From a virus, in the IMG/VR virus record IMGVR_UViG_3300029286_003693, positions 1-64,000 of that record: a stretch of 64,000 bases of DNA. One strand, 5' to 3'. Below, piece by piece: positions 1-8,452 of the stretch (position 1 is the stretch's first letter; each line of letters opens with the position of its first letter). A model generated the notes under the pieces. The model saw only the letters and a list, made by a program, of their open reading frames with translations, did not search any database and was not told where the DNA came from. Position numbers and translations under genes: made by a program.

Positions 1-465
1 TTACGGCAAAAGGGGATTGCTGTTTCCGTCAGAACGGTATGCTATGCCCGCGGCCTGCTGCATATCCCCAACTATGCCGAGCGAAACAAAAGCGGATATG
101 AAGGCACGGCTCAATTCAGCGGTTATTTTCCACTAAACAGAGAGAATATCGCCAGGATTCCAGAGATTCCCGGCATCTATGAAATGAGCGCTGCGGCAAG
201 CTTTAATTACCCGAAGGGCAAGAGTATGACCGCATATCTGGGAGCGACCAAATGTTTGCGCAGGCGTCTGATGCATTACACAAACGGGCAAATAAAAAAT
301 ACTGCGTTGCTTCCGATCATAAGAGAATCCGGCGTTAATGTCAGGTATTTCCCGACGGATAATTACCGGGATTGCGAAAAACGACTGTTACTGAATTTCA
401 AAGCCTGTTTTGGAGAATTACCGGTGGCAAACGTGCTGGGAGGTGGTACCCATGAAAACCGGTGA
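1..465 (+). CDS. 5'-truncated protein: sigma-54 C-terminal (RpoN-box-like) segment fused to a GIY-YIG nuclease domain
   Basis: Frame 1 is open from base 1. LRQKGIAVSVRTVCYARGLLHIPNY resembles the RpoN box region (GI.VARRTVAKYRE.L.IP). It is followed by IPEIPGIYEM...AYLGATKCLRRRLMHY...E...N, the GIY-YIG pattern. Confidence 0.6.
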   Translation, partial: LRQKGIAVSVRTVCYARGLLHIPNYAERNKSGYEGTAQFSGYFPLNRENIARIPEIPGIYEMSAAASFNYPKGKSMTAYLGATKCLRRRLMHYTNGQIKNTALLPIIRESGVNVRYFPTDNYRDCEKRLLLNFKACFGELPVANVLGGGTHENR

Positions 466-2371
466 GAAGAAATTTGATGAGTTTGAGGAATTGGTTCTTG
501 AATTGGACATGGCAAGAATCATTTTTGCAGAAGAAGAAGAAGAAGAAGAAGAAGCCCGCATCGTCGTCTCCATAAAAGACATCACCGAACGCAAGCGGAC
601 GGAGGAGGCGCTGCACCGAAGCGAAGAGAACTTCCACCGTTCTCTGGATGATTCCCCGCTGGGCATCCGCATCGTGACCATAGAAGGTGAGACAGTTTAT
701 GCCAACCGGGCTATGCTGGATATTTATGGCTTCGACAGCATCGAGGAATTGAATACAACCCCTGTAAAGAAGCGATACACCCCGGAGAGCTATGCCGAGT
801 TCCAGATACGAAAGGAGAAAAGACGGAAAGGTGAGTATGACCCGTCCGAATATGAAGTAAGCATCGTAAGGAAAAATGGTGAAGTCCGCCATCTCCAGGT
901 ATTCCGCAAGGAAATACTCTGGAACGGCGGAAGGCGCTTTCAGACAATATACCAGGACATTACCGAGCGCAAACGGGCGGAGGAGGAACTGCGGACCCAA
1001 AATAAGACATTCTCGCAAGTTTTAAACGGCCTTGATGCCCTCGTTTACGTTGTTGATATGAAAACCTATGAGCTCGTATTCATCAACACATACGGGCAAA
1101 ATATATGGGGTGATGTAAAGGGTAAAATCTGTTGGCAGACGATACAGGCAGGCAAGGCCAGCCCCTGTGAATTTTGCACAAATAGTAAGCTCATTGGGCC
1201 TGATGGGAACCCGACAGAGGGTGTTGTCTGGGAATTTCAGAACACTGTCAATAAACGGTGGTACGATTGTCGGGACAGGGCCATTTATTGGCCTGATGGT
1301 CGCATTGTCCGTATGGAAATCGCCACCGACATTACCGACCGCAAGCGGACGGAGGTGGCGCTGCGGGAGAGCGAGGAGCGCCTGAAAGAGGCACAGCGGG
1401 TGGGCCACCTTGGCTCTTGGGACCTCAACGTTGTGACTGGCGACTTACAGTGGTCCGATGAGTGCTATAGCATCTATGGATTCAGGCCGCAGGAGTTCGT
1501 GCCGACATATGAGAAGTTCCGGAGTATAGTCCACCCGGAGGACCTCGGGTTCGTCCAAGAGCAGGTAGATGCTGCACTGAATAACGACAAACACTACGAT
1601 GTTGATTTCCGATTTGTGCGGCCAAACGGAGAAATAGGCTGGCTCCACTGCGAGGGCGAGGTAATGCGGGACGCGGAAGGCAAGCCACTTCGCTTCTTCG
1701 GGACGCAGAGTGACATCACAGACCGTAAGCAGGCGGAAGAACGGATTCATGCATCCCTTCGGGAGAAAGAGATCCTCCTTAGCGAAGTCCATCACCGGGT
1801 GAAGAACAACATGCAGGTGATATCCGGCCTTCTCGATCTACAGGCAAAGTCAAGCGGGAATCCGGAGCTGATCGAAAGGTTGAATGAGAGCCAGAGCCGA
1901 ATCCGATCCATGGCACTTATCCATGAAAAACTCTACGGGTCAAAGGATTTCGCAAGAGTCGATCTGGCCGGTTATGTGAGAACCCTGTCACAGGGCTTGT
2001 TTCAATCGTACAAAATCAATCCTGGGGAAATAGATCTGATCGTCCAACCCGACGGCGATGTTTATGTGGATATTAACAAGGCGATCCCCTGTGGGTTGAT
2101 TCTGAATGAATTGATTTCCAATGCGCTTAAACATGCCTTTCCCGGCGATGGACCACATGAATTACGGATCATCATCCGCGAAACGAAAAACACAGAAATA
2201 GAGATCGTCGTCCGTGATAATGGTTTGGGCCTGCCGGATGATGTTGATATTCACCAACCCCGAACTGTGGGGTTGCATCTTGTGAACGGGCTTGTAAAAA
2301 ATCAGCTTGACGGTCAAATTGAGGTAAGGCGAGACAACGGAACAGAATTCCGGATCAAATTTCCTTTATGA
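452..2371 (+). CDS. Multi-PAS/PAC sensor histidine kinase, HisKA_2 type
   Basis: Repeated PAC ends (DITERK/DITDRK), H-box EVHHRVKNNMQ, N-box NELISNALKHAF, DNGLG and GLHLV ATPase motifs. GGAGGT precedes ATG 452. Confidence 0.92.
   Translation: MKTGEKKFDEFEELVLELDMARIIFAEEEEEEEEARIVVSIKDITERKRTEEALHRSEENFHRSLDDSPLGIRIVTIEGETVYANRAMLDIYGFDSIEELNTTPVKKRYTPESYAEFQIRKEKRRKGEYDPSEYEVSIVRKNGEVRHLQVFRKEILWNGGRRFQTIYQDITERKRAEEELRTQNKTFSQVLNGLDALVYVVDMKTYELVFINTYGQNIWGDVKGKICWQTIQAGKASPCEFCTNSKLIGPDGNPTEGVVWEFQNTVNKRWYDCRDRAIYWPDGRIVRMEIATDITDRKRTEVALRESEERLKEAQRVGHLGSWDLNVVTGDLQWSDECYSIYGFRPQEFVPTYEKFRSIVHPEDLGFVQEQVDAALNNDKHYDVDFRFVRPNGEIGWLHCEGEVMRDAEGKPLRFFGTQSDITDRKQAEERIHASLREKEILLSEVHHRVKNNMQVISGLLDLQAKSSGNPELIERLNESQSRIRSMALIHEKLYGSKDFARVDLAGYVRTLSQGLFQSYKINPGEIDLIVQPDGDVYVDINKAIPCGLILNELISNALKHAFPGDGPHELRIIIRETKNTEIEIVVRDNGLGLPDDVDIHQPRTVGLHLVNGLVKNQLDGQIEVRRDNGTEFRIKFPL
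530..553 (+). repeat. (GAA)8 trinucleotide tract encoding E8
   Basis: Read directly from the sequence. Confidence 0.95.
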
Positions 2372-2392
2372 TTTGTGAGAGGGGAGGTTGTT

Positions 2393-3379
2393 ATGAACAG
2401 TGAGAAGATCATGGTCGTGGAAGACGAATGGGTCGTTGCCGATCAGCTTTGCAGGGATCTGAAAGATCTCGGGTACACGGTTTGCCAAACGGCATCCACG
2501 GGAGACGAGGCCATCAGGAAGGTGGAAGCGGATAGACCCGACCTGATCCTGATGGATATTGTTTTAAAGGGTAAAATGGACGGCATTGAAGCTGCCGAAA
2601 AGATCGCGTCAAAGTTCAATATCCCGGTGCTTTATTTGACCGCTTACACAAATCAGGAATATATCGAGCGGGCAAAACTGACAAATCCTTTCGGTTATCT
2701 GGTCAAACCTTACAATCAGAAGGAACTGTACGCAACCATCGAGATGGCTCTCCAAAAGCACAGGGTAGATAAGGAAATCAAAGACTACCTGGACCGTTTG
2801 ACAAAGTGCTACACGGGGATGATGAAAGCATTCTCGGGAGCGGTTGAATTGCGCGGACCCTATGCTCCCGGACATCACCAACGGGTCGCGTATTTTGCAC
2901 ACGCCATCGCCAAGGAAATGGGACTTCCCGAATGCTCGGTGGAGGGGCTCTGGATGGCAGCCCACGTCTATGACATCAGCCTTGTGAATATGTCCGTCGA
3001 AATACTTCTGGATGCCGAGCAGTTGACAGGAACCAAACTGACCCTATATCGCAAGTACCCACAGTTGAGTTACGACATTTTAAAAGAAGTCAATTTTCTC
3101 TGGCCCATCGCGGACATTGCCCTGCAACATCGCGAGTGTTATGATGGATCCGGATTCCCGCGGGGGATCAAGGGGGCGGATATTCTCATCGACGCCAGGA
3201 TCCTGGCTGTGGCCCATGCCCTTGAAGAATTGACCTCTCGTCGAGCTTACCGGGATGCCCTCCCTTTAAAGCAGGCCCTTGATGAAATAAAAGCCCATCG
3301 CGGATCCCAGTATGATCCCGATGTCGTGAATGCCTGTCTGAGGCTTTTCAATGAAAAGGGCTTTAAGACGGAAGGCTGA
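2393..3379 (+). CDS. Response regulator: REC + degenerate HD-GYP domain
   Basis: REC motifs VVEDE, DLILMDI, LTAY, YLVKP. HD-GYP-like C-half has YD in place of HD and HRECYDGSGFP. GGAGG precedes ATG 2393. Confidence 0.88.
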   Translation: MNSEKIMVVEDEWVVADQLCRDLKDLGYTVCQTASTGDEAIRKVEADRPDLILMDIVLKGKMDGIEAAEKIASKFNIPVLYLTAYTNQEYIERAKLTNPFGYLVKPYNQKELYATIEMALQKHRVDKEIKDYLDRLTKCYTGMMKAFSGAVELRGPYAPGHHQRVAYFAHAIAKEMGLPECSVEGLWMAAHVYDISLVNMSVEILLDAEQLTGTKLTLYRKYPQLSYDILKEVNFLWPIADIALQHRECYDGSGFPRGIKGADILIDARILAVAHALEELTSRRAYRDALPLKQALDEIKAHRGSQYDPDVVNACLRLFNEKGFKTEG

Positions 3380-3457
3380 CGCTTCTTGCGTCCTTTTAAT
3401 CAGTTCTTGGGCAACATTAAGGTCATTTATCGATACTTGGGGGTCTGGCGAAATAAC

Positions 3458-3607
3458 ATGAACGATCTGACAAAGACTGAACTCCTGGAAAAACTGCTGA
3501 AACTGCTGCAAACCGACAGAGATCTGAACTTTCTGCTGTCCCTGGAAAATGATGATCTTACGACGTTATTGATTGCTCTCAGGGAAAGAATCGAGAACAC
3601 GAAGTAG
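3458..3607 (+). CDS. Small helical hypothetical protein (49 aa)
   Basis: MNDLTKTELLEKLLKLL... amphipathic Leu-rich ORF; RBS weak. Confidence 0.55.
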   Translation: MNDLTKTELLEKLLKLLQTDRDLNFLLSLENDDLTTLLIALRERIENTK

Positions 3608-3769
3608 CTGAATATTGGAAATGAAGGATGCAAGCGAGGGCAGAAGGTTAAGATAACGCGGCTCAATGAATAAAAGGCTTCGGGTTCATCGAAAAGGACG
3701 GCGCCGGGGATATGTTCGCTGCTCAAGCCGCCATTCAGAAAACTGGCCTCAAAGGAATGGAAATCGGAA

Positions 3770-4159
3770 ATGACGGATGTATTTGAAGCAAAATGCCCTG
3801 AATGTCGTATCTCCTTCACAGTTCTCCACGGTGGCGGGGTATTCTATCACCTCATTCGCTGTGAGAATTGTGGAAAGACGAAGGGCATAGGTTTTGATGA
3901 ACTTGGCGAGCTGCACCTGCGCTACGTGAAAAGAATAGGGATGCCGTATTGTGTTGCGAGTTCAGAACATGATAGATACATGCAAGACCACGTACAAGTT
4001 GAGCCGATATCCGAAGATGAATACAACAGAGGAATTAATGCTATTGCCGGAACATGCATATGTGGCGGGAACTATTGCCTCGACGCACCCCCTCGTTGTC
4101 CGAAGTGCCGCTCAACGCGAATTGACGAAGGCGAGATTCCTATAAGGCATTATGACTGA
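3770..4159 (+). CDS. Cys-rich zinc-binding hypothetical protein, possibly a former integron cassette
   Basis: CPEC, CENC, CIC and CPKC motifs; followed by an attC-like remnant. Confidence 0.7.
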   Translation: MTDVFEAKCPECRISFTVLHGGGVFYHLIRCENCGKTKGIGFDELGELHLRYVKRIGMPYCVASSEHDRYMQDHVQVEPISEDEYNRGINAIAGTCICGGNYCLDAPPRCPKCRSTRIDEGEIPIRHYD

Positions 4160-4165
4160 AGAATG

Positions 4166-4213
4166 ACCGAACAACCGGATGCAACGGACATGCTGCTGCG
4201 CGCCGCTGAGCGC
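4166..4213 (+). other. Truncated attC-like recombination site
   Basis: ACCGAAC-AACCGG-ATGCAACGG...CCGCTGAGCGC just after the stop codon resembles R''/L''/L' boxes; the R' GTT box is missing. Confidence 0.45.
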
Positions 4214-4257
4214 ATCTTTCTGGATCAATCATTTCTCCTGCCATTAAATATCTAATA

Positions 4258-4318
4258 TCATGCCGGACTTGATCCGGCATCCAGTCCAATTCTTGATTCC
4301 CGCTTTCGCGGGAATGAC
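4258..4318. repeat. Paired REP/dRS3-like palindromes
   Basis: TCATGCCGGACTTGATCCGGCATCCA and, inverted, GATTCCCGCTTTCGCGGGAATGAC (ATTCCC-N8-GGGAAT). Confidence 0.75.
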
Positions 4319-4423
4319 GGCTTTGACATATATTGTTGCCGAAGTAATAAAAAGACAACCGACGCGATACATCACTCACACAGTGATCGGCAACGCACCC
4401 CATATTTTGTGGTAAAAATCCTC

Positions 4424-4450
4424 TTGACACAAAATTATTTTTCATATAGT
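4424..4450 (+). promoter_or_regulatory. Possible sigma-70 promoter
   Basis: TTGACA...TATAGT with a GC-rich discriminator, but the spacer is only 15 bp. Confidence 0.3.
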
Positions 4451-4491
4451 CCCGCCGTGGCAAATTGATACGGGAAATGTTTTTGTAAATT

Positions 4492-4821
4492 GAGCCTGTT
4501 CAATAATTCAGTTTTTACCATGAAAACCAACTGTACCATGTGATGTTTGCTGTTCAATACTGGTGTTCAATATTTAGAAAAGTATCTAAAATACTGATAT
4601 AGTAAAGGAATTTTAAAAATCCCTTATTTTTTAAGAGTGGCAAGCGCTGATTTCTTGGGTTAACCTACCCCCGGAATCGCCCAATTTGTGGGTTATCTTT
4701 TTTCAAAACATTGGATTTCCGAAGGCTGATCCTCCGGAAATCCAATAAAAATGGGTTATCTTCGATTTTTCGTCTTTGTAAGTAACTATATTCATTAGTA
4801 TAAACAAGTATTGAACAGGCT
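4492..4821. mobile_element. ~330-bp non-coding MITE-like element
   Basis: 13-bp perfect terminal inverted repeat AGCCTGTTCAATA (4493-4505, 4809-4821), flanked by TAAATT direct repeats (4486-4491, 4822-4827); internal hairpin at 4710-4746. Confidence 0.55.
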
Positions 4822-4839
4822 TAAATTAGCGGAGGGAAA

Positions 4840-5019
4840 ATGATGGAGGAAGATAGAGCTACCTGCCCATATTGCAGCAAGGAGTTTGTAGTCGTAGAAT
4901 ATGGATACCGCGTTAAATGTCCGCTATGTAGCGGTAGAATAGATGTGTTTCCCGAATCAAAATATTACATTGATACACCATTTGGAATGATGGGGGTTGG
5001 AATTTGTAATGGAAAATAA
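4840..5019 (+). CDS. 59-aa zinc-ribbon protein (not in the ORF track)
   Basis: GGAGGG RBS; MMGEDRATCPYCSKEFVVVEYGYRVKCPLCSGRIDVFP... with two CxxC motifs. Confidence 0.7.
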   Translation: MMEEDRATCPYCSKEFVVVEYGYRVKCPLCSGRIDVFPESKYYIDTPFGMMGVGICNGK

Positions 5020-5146
5020 ATGTCCCCGTTGCCTGAGTGTATGTGTTGGGCACCGGGTGCGACACCCATATTTCGGTGGATTGATGATCTCTCCGCAGAA
5101 TCAGGGGTATTGATAAGTAGATGAACGACAGAGAGTACGCAAGAAC

Positions 5147-5182
5147 CGGATGAGCCAAAAAACCGCCGGATGCGCGTGACCA
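5147..5182 (+). repeat. Degenerate direct repeat, copy 1
   Basis: CGGATGAGCCAAAAAACCGCC-GGATGCGCGTGACCA; matches 8763-8799. Confidence 0.8.
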
Positions 5183-5375
5183 GTTACCAGTCGCGTTGGC
5201 AGCTTTACAGCGGATCGGCCACCTTCTTTTTATGTTACGCGGTCCATCCTCCGCTTTGTACCCAGCTACATCGCATAGGGATCATGTCTTACGTTCGTAT
5301 CGGCACACACATGAAAAACATTTGCGATTTGCGCGTTGTTCAGTATAACGGTGAAGGCGTAAAGGAGGTGATTTT

Positions 5376-5618
5376 ATGCAGGCACTTAGAATTTTGGAAA
5401 CAGTAAAAAAAGACGGCGAACTCAAAATTTTCGGCCTTCCCTTAAAGAAGGGACAGCGCGTCGAGATGATCGTAATGACAGAAACTCTGATAACGGAGTC
5501 TATCGGTGCTACTGCGCAAAATCTACTGAGATCGAAGATTGTGGGTTTATGGACGGATCGCCCGATTGAAGACAGCGCCATGTATGCCCGAAAGCTGCGA
5601 GCTGAATCCCTTTCTTAA
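5376..5618 (+). CDS. Putative orphan antitoxin-like protein
   Basis: AAGGAGGTG RBS; TTGCGA-N16-TATAAC upstream. beta-rich N-terminus plus the VGLWTDR..DS..YARKLR tail recalled from proteins encoded upstream of PIN toxins. No toxin follows. Confidence 0.6.
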   Translation: MQALRILETVKKDGELKIFGLPLKKGQRVEMIVMTETLITESIGATAQNLLRSKIVGLWTDRPIEDSAMYARKLRAESLS

Positions 5619-5790
5619 ACCGGATCGGACACCCTCTTTTTATGGTAGGCCGTCCATCCGCCGCATCTCACCCCCAGCCACATGGCATACTGGACAAAGA
5701 TCCCCTTCCCTCTTTCCTGATAGCATCACCCTCACGCCTCAAGCGGCATATCGACAATCTGTAAAGTGGAAAGATGCTATCAGGGTTATA

Positions 5791-6039
5791 TTATAAAGAG
5801 GCGTGTGCTTTCGTCAATCTTTCCCGCACCCACATCCGGATCAAGCTGGAAACACCCAAACCTTTCTCGTCGGCTTCCTTCTTGAGTTCGGAAACCGTCG
5901 AATCGTCCAACCTTACTGCCACGACACGCTCCTTCCGCAAAACAAGGTGATTCGGGCCAGGCAGAAAATCCTTCACCCTGACCGCATGTTCCAGATCGAC
6001 ATCCGACGGTTCATCCTTATATACAATTTTCTTTTTCAT
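5791..6039 (-). CDS. brnA: BrnA/CopG-type RHH antitoxin
   Basis: KDFLPGP..LV and VAVRLD...LIRMWV RHH motif; overlaps the brnT 3' end. Confidence 0.8.
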   Translation of the reverse strand: MKKKIVYKDEPSDVDLEHAVRVKDFLPGPNHLVLRKERVVAVRLDDSTVSELKKEADEKGLGVSSLIRMWVRERLTKAHASL

Positions 6040-6301
6040 AACGCTTCTTTCCTTTCCGCCAAAAGGCCGCTCCGAAAATCCTGATCTTTCCATTTCGGTA
6101 TGCAAACCGGACGGTCATGATCTCGCCGCAGACTTTGCCAAGGCAAAAATACCGCTGTTCATTATCACTATGACGCGAATCTTGAAGAATAACGCGCTGC
6201 TCATCCTGGAATGCCTGCTGCGCATTTTGAAACGGCACCCCGTGTTTTGCGATATTGTCCAGGTTCTTGCTGTCGTCCCATTCAAAATCCGGCGCTTTCA
6301 T
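6017..6301 (-). CDS. brnT: BrnT family ribonuclease toxin
   Basis: FEWDDSKNLDNIAKHGVPF...HSDNEQRY...RIFGA. Confidence 0.9.
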   Translation of the reverse strand: MKAPDFEWDDSKNLDNIAKHGVPFQNAQQAFQDEQRVILQDSRHSDNEQRYFCLGKVCGEIMTVRFAYRNGKIRIFGAAFWRKGKKRYEKENCI

Positions 6302-6307
6302 AGTCCT

Positions 6308-6336
6308 AATGTACTACAAACGGCAACGTTTGTCAA
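6308..6336 (-). promoter_or_regulatory. Sigma-70 promoter of brnTA
   Basis: TTGACA-N17-TACATT ending 6 nt before the ATG, implying a leaderless or near-leaderless mRNA. Confidence 0.7.
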
Positions 6337-6369
6337 TGAGAAAATCTCCTGTGACACCCCCGCAATTCC

Positions 6370-6637
6370 GATTCGCACCCCCACCCAAGCCACTGAGATC
6401 GGCCTCACGCTCGACGCCATTGAGGTGGAGGCGGAGTCAGTCTCTTACATAGTCGCAGCGCGATTGGCCCTCGAAACATCATCCGATGCCTATCTCGCCG
6501 GCTATACCAAAAACGGGCAGATTCCCGCAGGAGTCAGTCTTGATCTCATCGCGAAGGTAGCGGGTCGAATCACCGAGATGGGGGAACACCTTCTGCCCAA
6601 ACGGAAACTCAAAGGCAAGGAATCAGAGGCAGATTGA
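6370..6637 (+). pseudogene. C-terminal remnant of an ArdC/ImmA-type zincin metallopeptidase
   Basis: EVEAESVSYIVAARLAL..SSDAYL is the post-HExxH segment; the HExxH motif and a plausible start are absent. Confidence 0.6.
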
Positions 6638-6777
6638 TACGTTTGCTGGCATCACGAGAGATGATCCTGGTACGGTATAGCTATCCAAAGGTTGAGCGTC
6701 CTCATCTGTATCGTTAGCATTTTTATATGTAATCGTTCAAATATACTTTACTCGGTAAAATATACCACGATTAAAGG

Positions 6778-6806
6778 TTGCATCGGTGGGCGGTTGCTGT
6801 TATAAT
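6778..6806 (+). promoter_or_regulatory. Sigma-70 promoter of the R-M methyltransferase
   Basis: TTGCAT-N17-TATAAT with TGn extension; ATG 6814 lies at the expected +1. Confidence 0.7.
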
Positions 6807-6813
6807 GATGACT

Positions 6814-7755
6814 ATGATCCCCATTTTGCAAACCAACCTTGGCCGTCTTTACCAGTCTGACTGCATAACTGTCCTGGATATGCTTGAGCCCGAGTCAGTG
6901 GACTTAGCATTTGCTGATCCTCCTTTTAACCTTGGCAAGAAGTACAGTTCTAATATCGATGATTCAAAGACAAATCACGAATATCTGGAGTGGTGTCAGA
7001 CGTGGCTTGACGGAATGATCCGCGTTTTAAAGCCAGGCGGGTCGCTGTTTCTCTGGAACTTGCCGAAGTGGAACCTTCCGTTGGGAGCGTTTTTAGGCAA
7101 GCGTCTAACCTTCCGGCACTGGATCGCCGTTGATATCAAGTACTCCTTGCCCATAAATGGCCGCCTTTACCCGTCACATTACTCCCTTCTCTATTTCGTG
7201 AAGGGAATTAAGCCATCGATATTCAAGCCGGATCGTTTACCAGTCCCGTGCTGCCGCCACTGCGGCGGCGAGCTTAGGGACTATGGCGGTTATAAGGACA
7301 AGATGAACCCCAATGGCGTTAACCTGTGCGACGTGTGGACCGACATTCCGCCGGTAAGACACGCCAAATACAAGAAGCGCGATGCAAATGCTCTGTCACT
7401 CAAGCTTATGGACCGCATTGTTGCTATGGCAAGTGATCCTGGATCCATTGTTCTTGATCCATTTGGTGGGTCAGGCACGACCTATGTTGCCGCCGAGTTG
7501 ACAGAACGCCGGTGGGTCGGATGCGAATTGGACTGTTCAGCAATAATGCAACGCTTCGAGTCGTTAGAGGTCGATAGGGATCATCTCTCCCAAATCCACG
7601 CAAATAAGAACATCTTGTTTAAAGGTGCCGACATTGAAAAGCGGCGCAAGGCAGGCAATCCGCTATCAAATAAATACCGCATTGCCGAGATTACTGGTAC
7701 CTGCACATGCGACATGCCCGCTCAACAACAAGCAGACATGTTTAGCGTCTCTTAG
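6814..7755 (+). CDS. M.BamHI-like beta-class amino-methyltransferase (probably N4-cytosine)
   Basis: FADPPFN, RLYPSHYSLLY, CRHCGGELRDYGGYKDKMNP and LDPFGGSGTT match M.BamHI as recalled. Confidence 0.9.
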   Translation: MIPILQTNLGRLYQSDCITVLDMLEPESVDLAFADPPFNLGKKYSSNIDDSKTNHEYLEWCQTWLDGMIRVLKPGGSLFLWNLPKWNLPLGAFLGKRLTFRHWIAVDIKYSLPINGRLYPSHYSLLYFVKGIKPSIFKPDRLPVPCCRHCGGELRDYGGYKDKMNPNGVNLCDVWTDIPPVRHAKYKKRDANALSLKLMDRIVAMASDPGSIVLDPFGGSGTTYVAAELTERRWVGCELDCSAIMQRFESLEVDRDHLSQIHANKNILFKGADIEKRRKAGNPLSNKYRIAEITGTCTCDMPAQQQADMFSVS

Positions 7756-8452
7756 CTCCACCCTCACGAGCACGGCCGTCTATGCCAGTCGGCAAGTGTG
7801 GAAATGTTGGGTCACTGGTGAGATAGTCATGTTCCACGATACTGATTGCCAAAAGCCCGCGCTCCACTCGGGTTTCCAAGTCTTTCCACATGGAAAGATA
7901 CCCCGACAGTTCGCCGATGTTACCAATGCGATCTGTTAAATGCTCATAGAGACTACGGCTGGGCACGATGAGCACACCAGCTTGTATCTTCGCCGTCGCT
8001 AATGCAATCGCGAGTTTGTTCATGCTACGATGGGAGGAGGAAATGTTGCCTGTCTCCCATTCAATCGCCATATACGTTCCTGCGGGAGTGGATGTAACAA
8101 AATCGAAACCGCCAAACTCAGACGTTATCAGTTCGCGGTGACGTTCCATACTTGGAAATATAAGCAAATCGGGCGGCACGCGATTTTTGCCAAGATCAAG
8201 ACCGGCTTCCTCGCGCCAATGTTCAGCGTTAACCATGTGATCAAAAAACCGACGCTTGAGATAGACAACGCCATTTCGGTCCCATTGACCGTCAGGGCGC
8301 TTGACCTTGCGGCGTAGTGTTAGGCTGCCAGCCCCTTCCGGGAAGTCAATGTGCTGGATTGATCGGACATAACTCTCATGGATCGCCCGCCAGTCGGTAG
8401 TAGATACGACGTCGCCACGGTCAAAAATTACCAAAGTCCGTAACCATTTCAT
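7742..8452 (-). CDS. BamHI-family type II restriction endonuclease
   Basis: D...EWETGNISSSHRSMNKL and LTDRIGN signature; ATGA-coupled to the C gene. Confidence 0.9.
   Translation of the reverse strand: MKWLRTLVIFDRGDVVSTTDWRAIHESYVRSIQHIDFPEGAGSLTLRRKVKRPDGQWDRNGVVYLKRRFFDHMVNAEHWREEAGLDLGKNRVPPDLLIFPSMERHRELITSEFGGFDFVTSTPAGTYMAIEWETGNISSSHRSMNKLAIALATAKIQAGVLIVPSRSLYEHLTDRIGNIGELSGYLSMWKDLETRVERGLLAISIVEHDYLTSDPTFPHLPTGIDGRAREGGAKRR

Noticed and set aside
398-1795. Minus-strand ORFs over the kinase, including one with poly-Phe
   Set aside because: Shadows of the PAS kinase; the poly-Phe is the complement of the GAA tract.
4620-4700. Possible tRNA/tmRNA fragment as att core
   Set aside because: No T-loop (GTTCGA) or cloverleaf is recognisable.
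6170-6370. 5' part of the 155-aa ORF 6170-6637
   Set aside because: Antisense to brnT and its promoter; only the 3' part resembles a real (remnant) gene.
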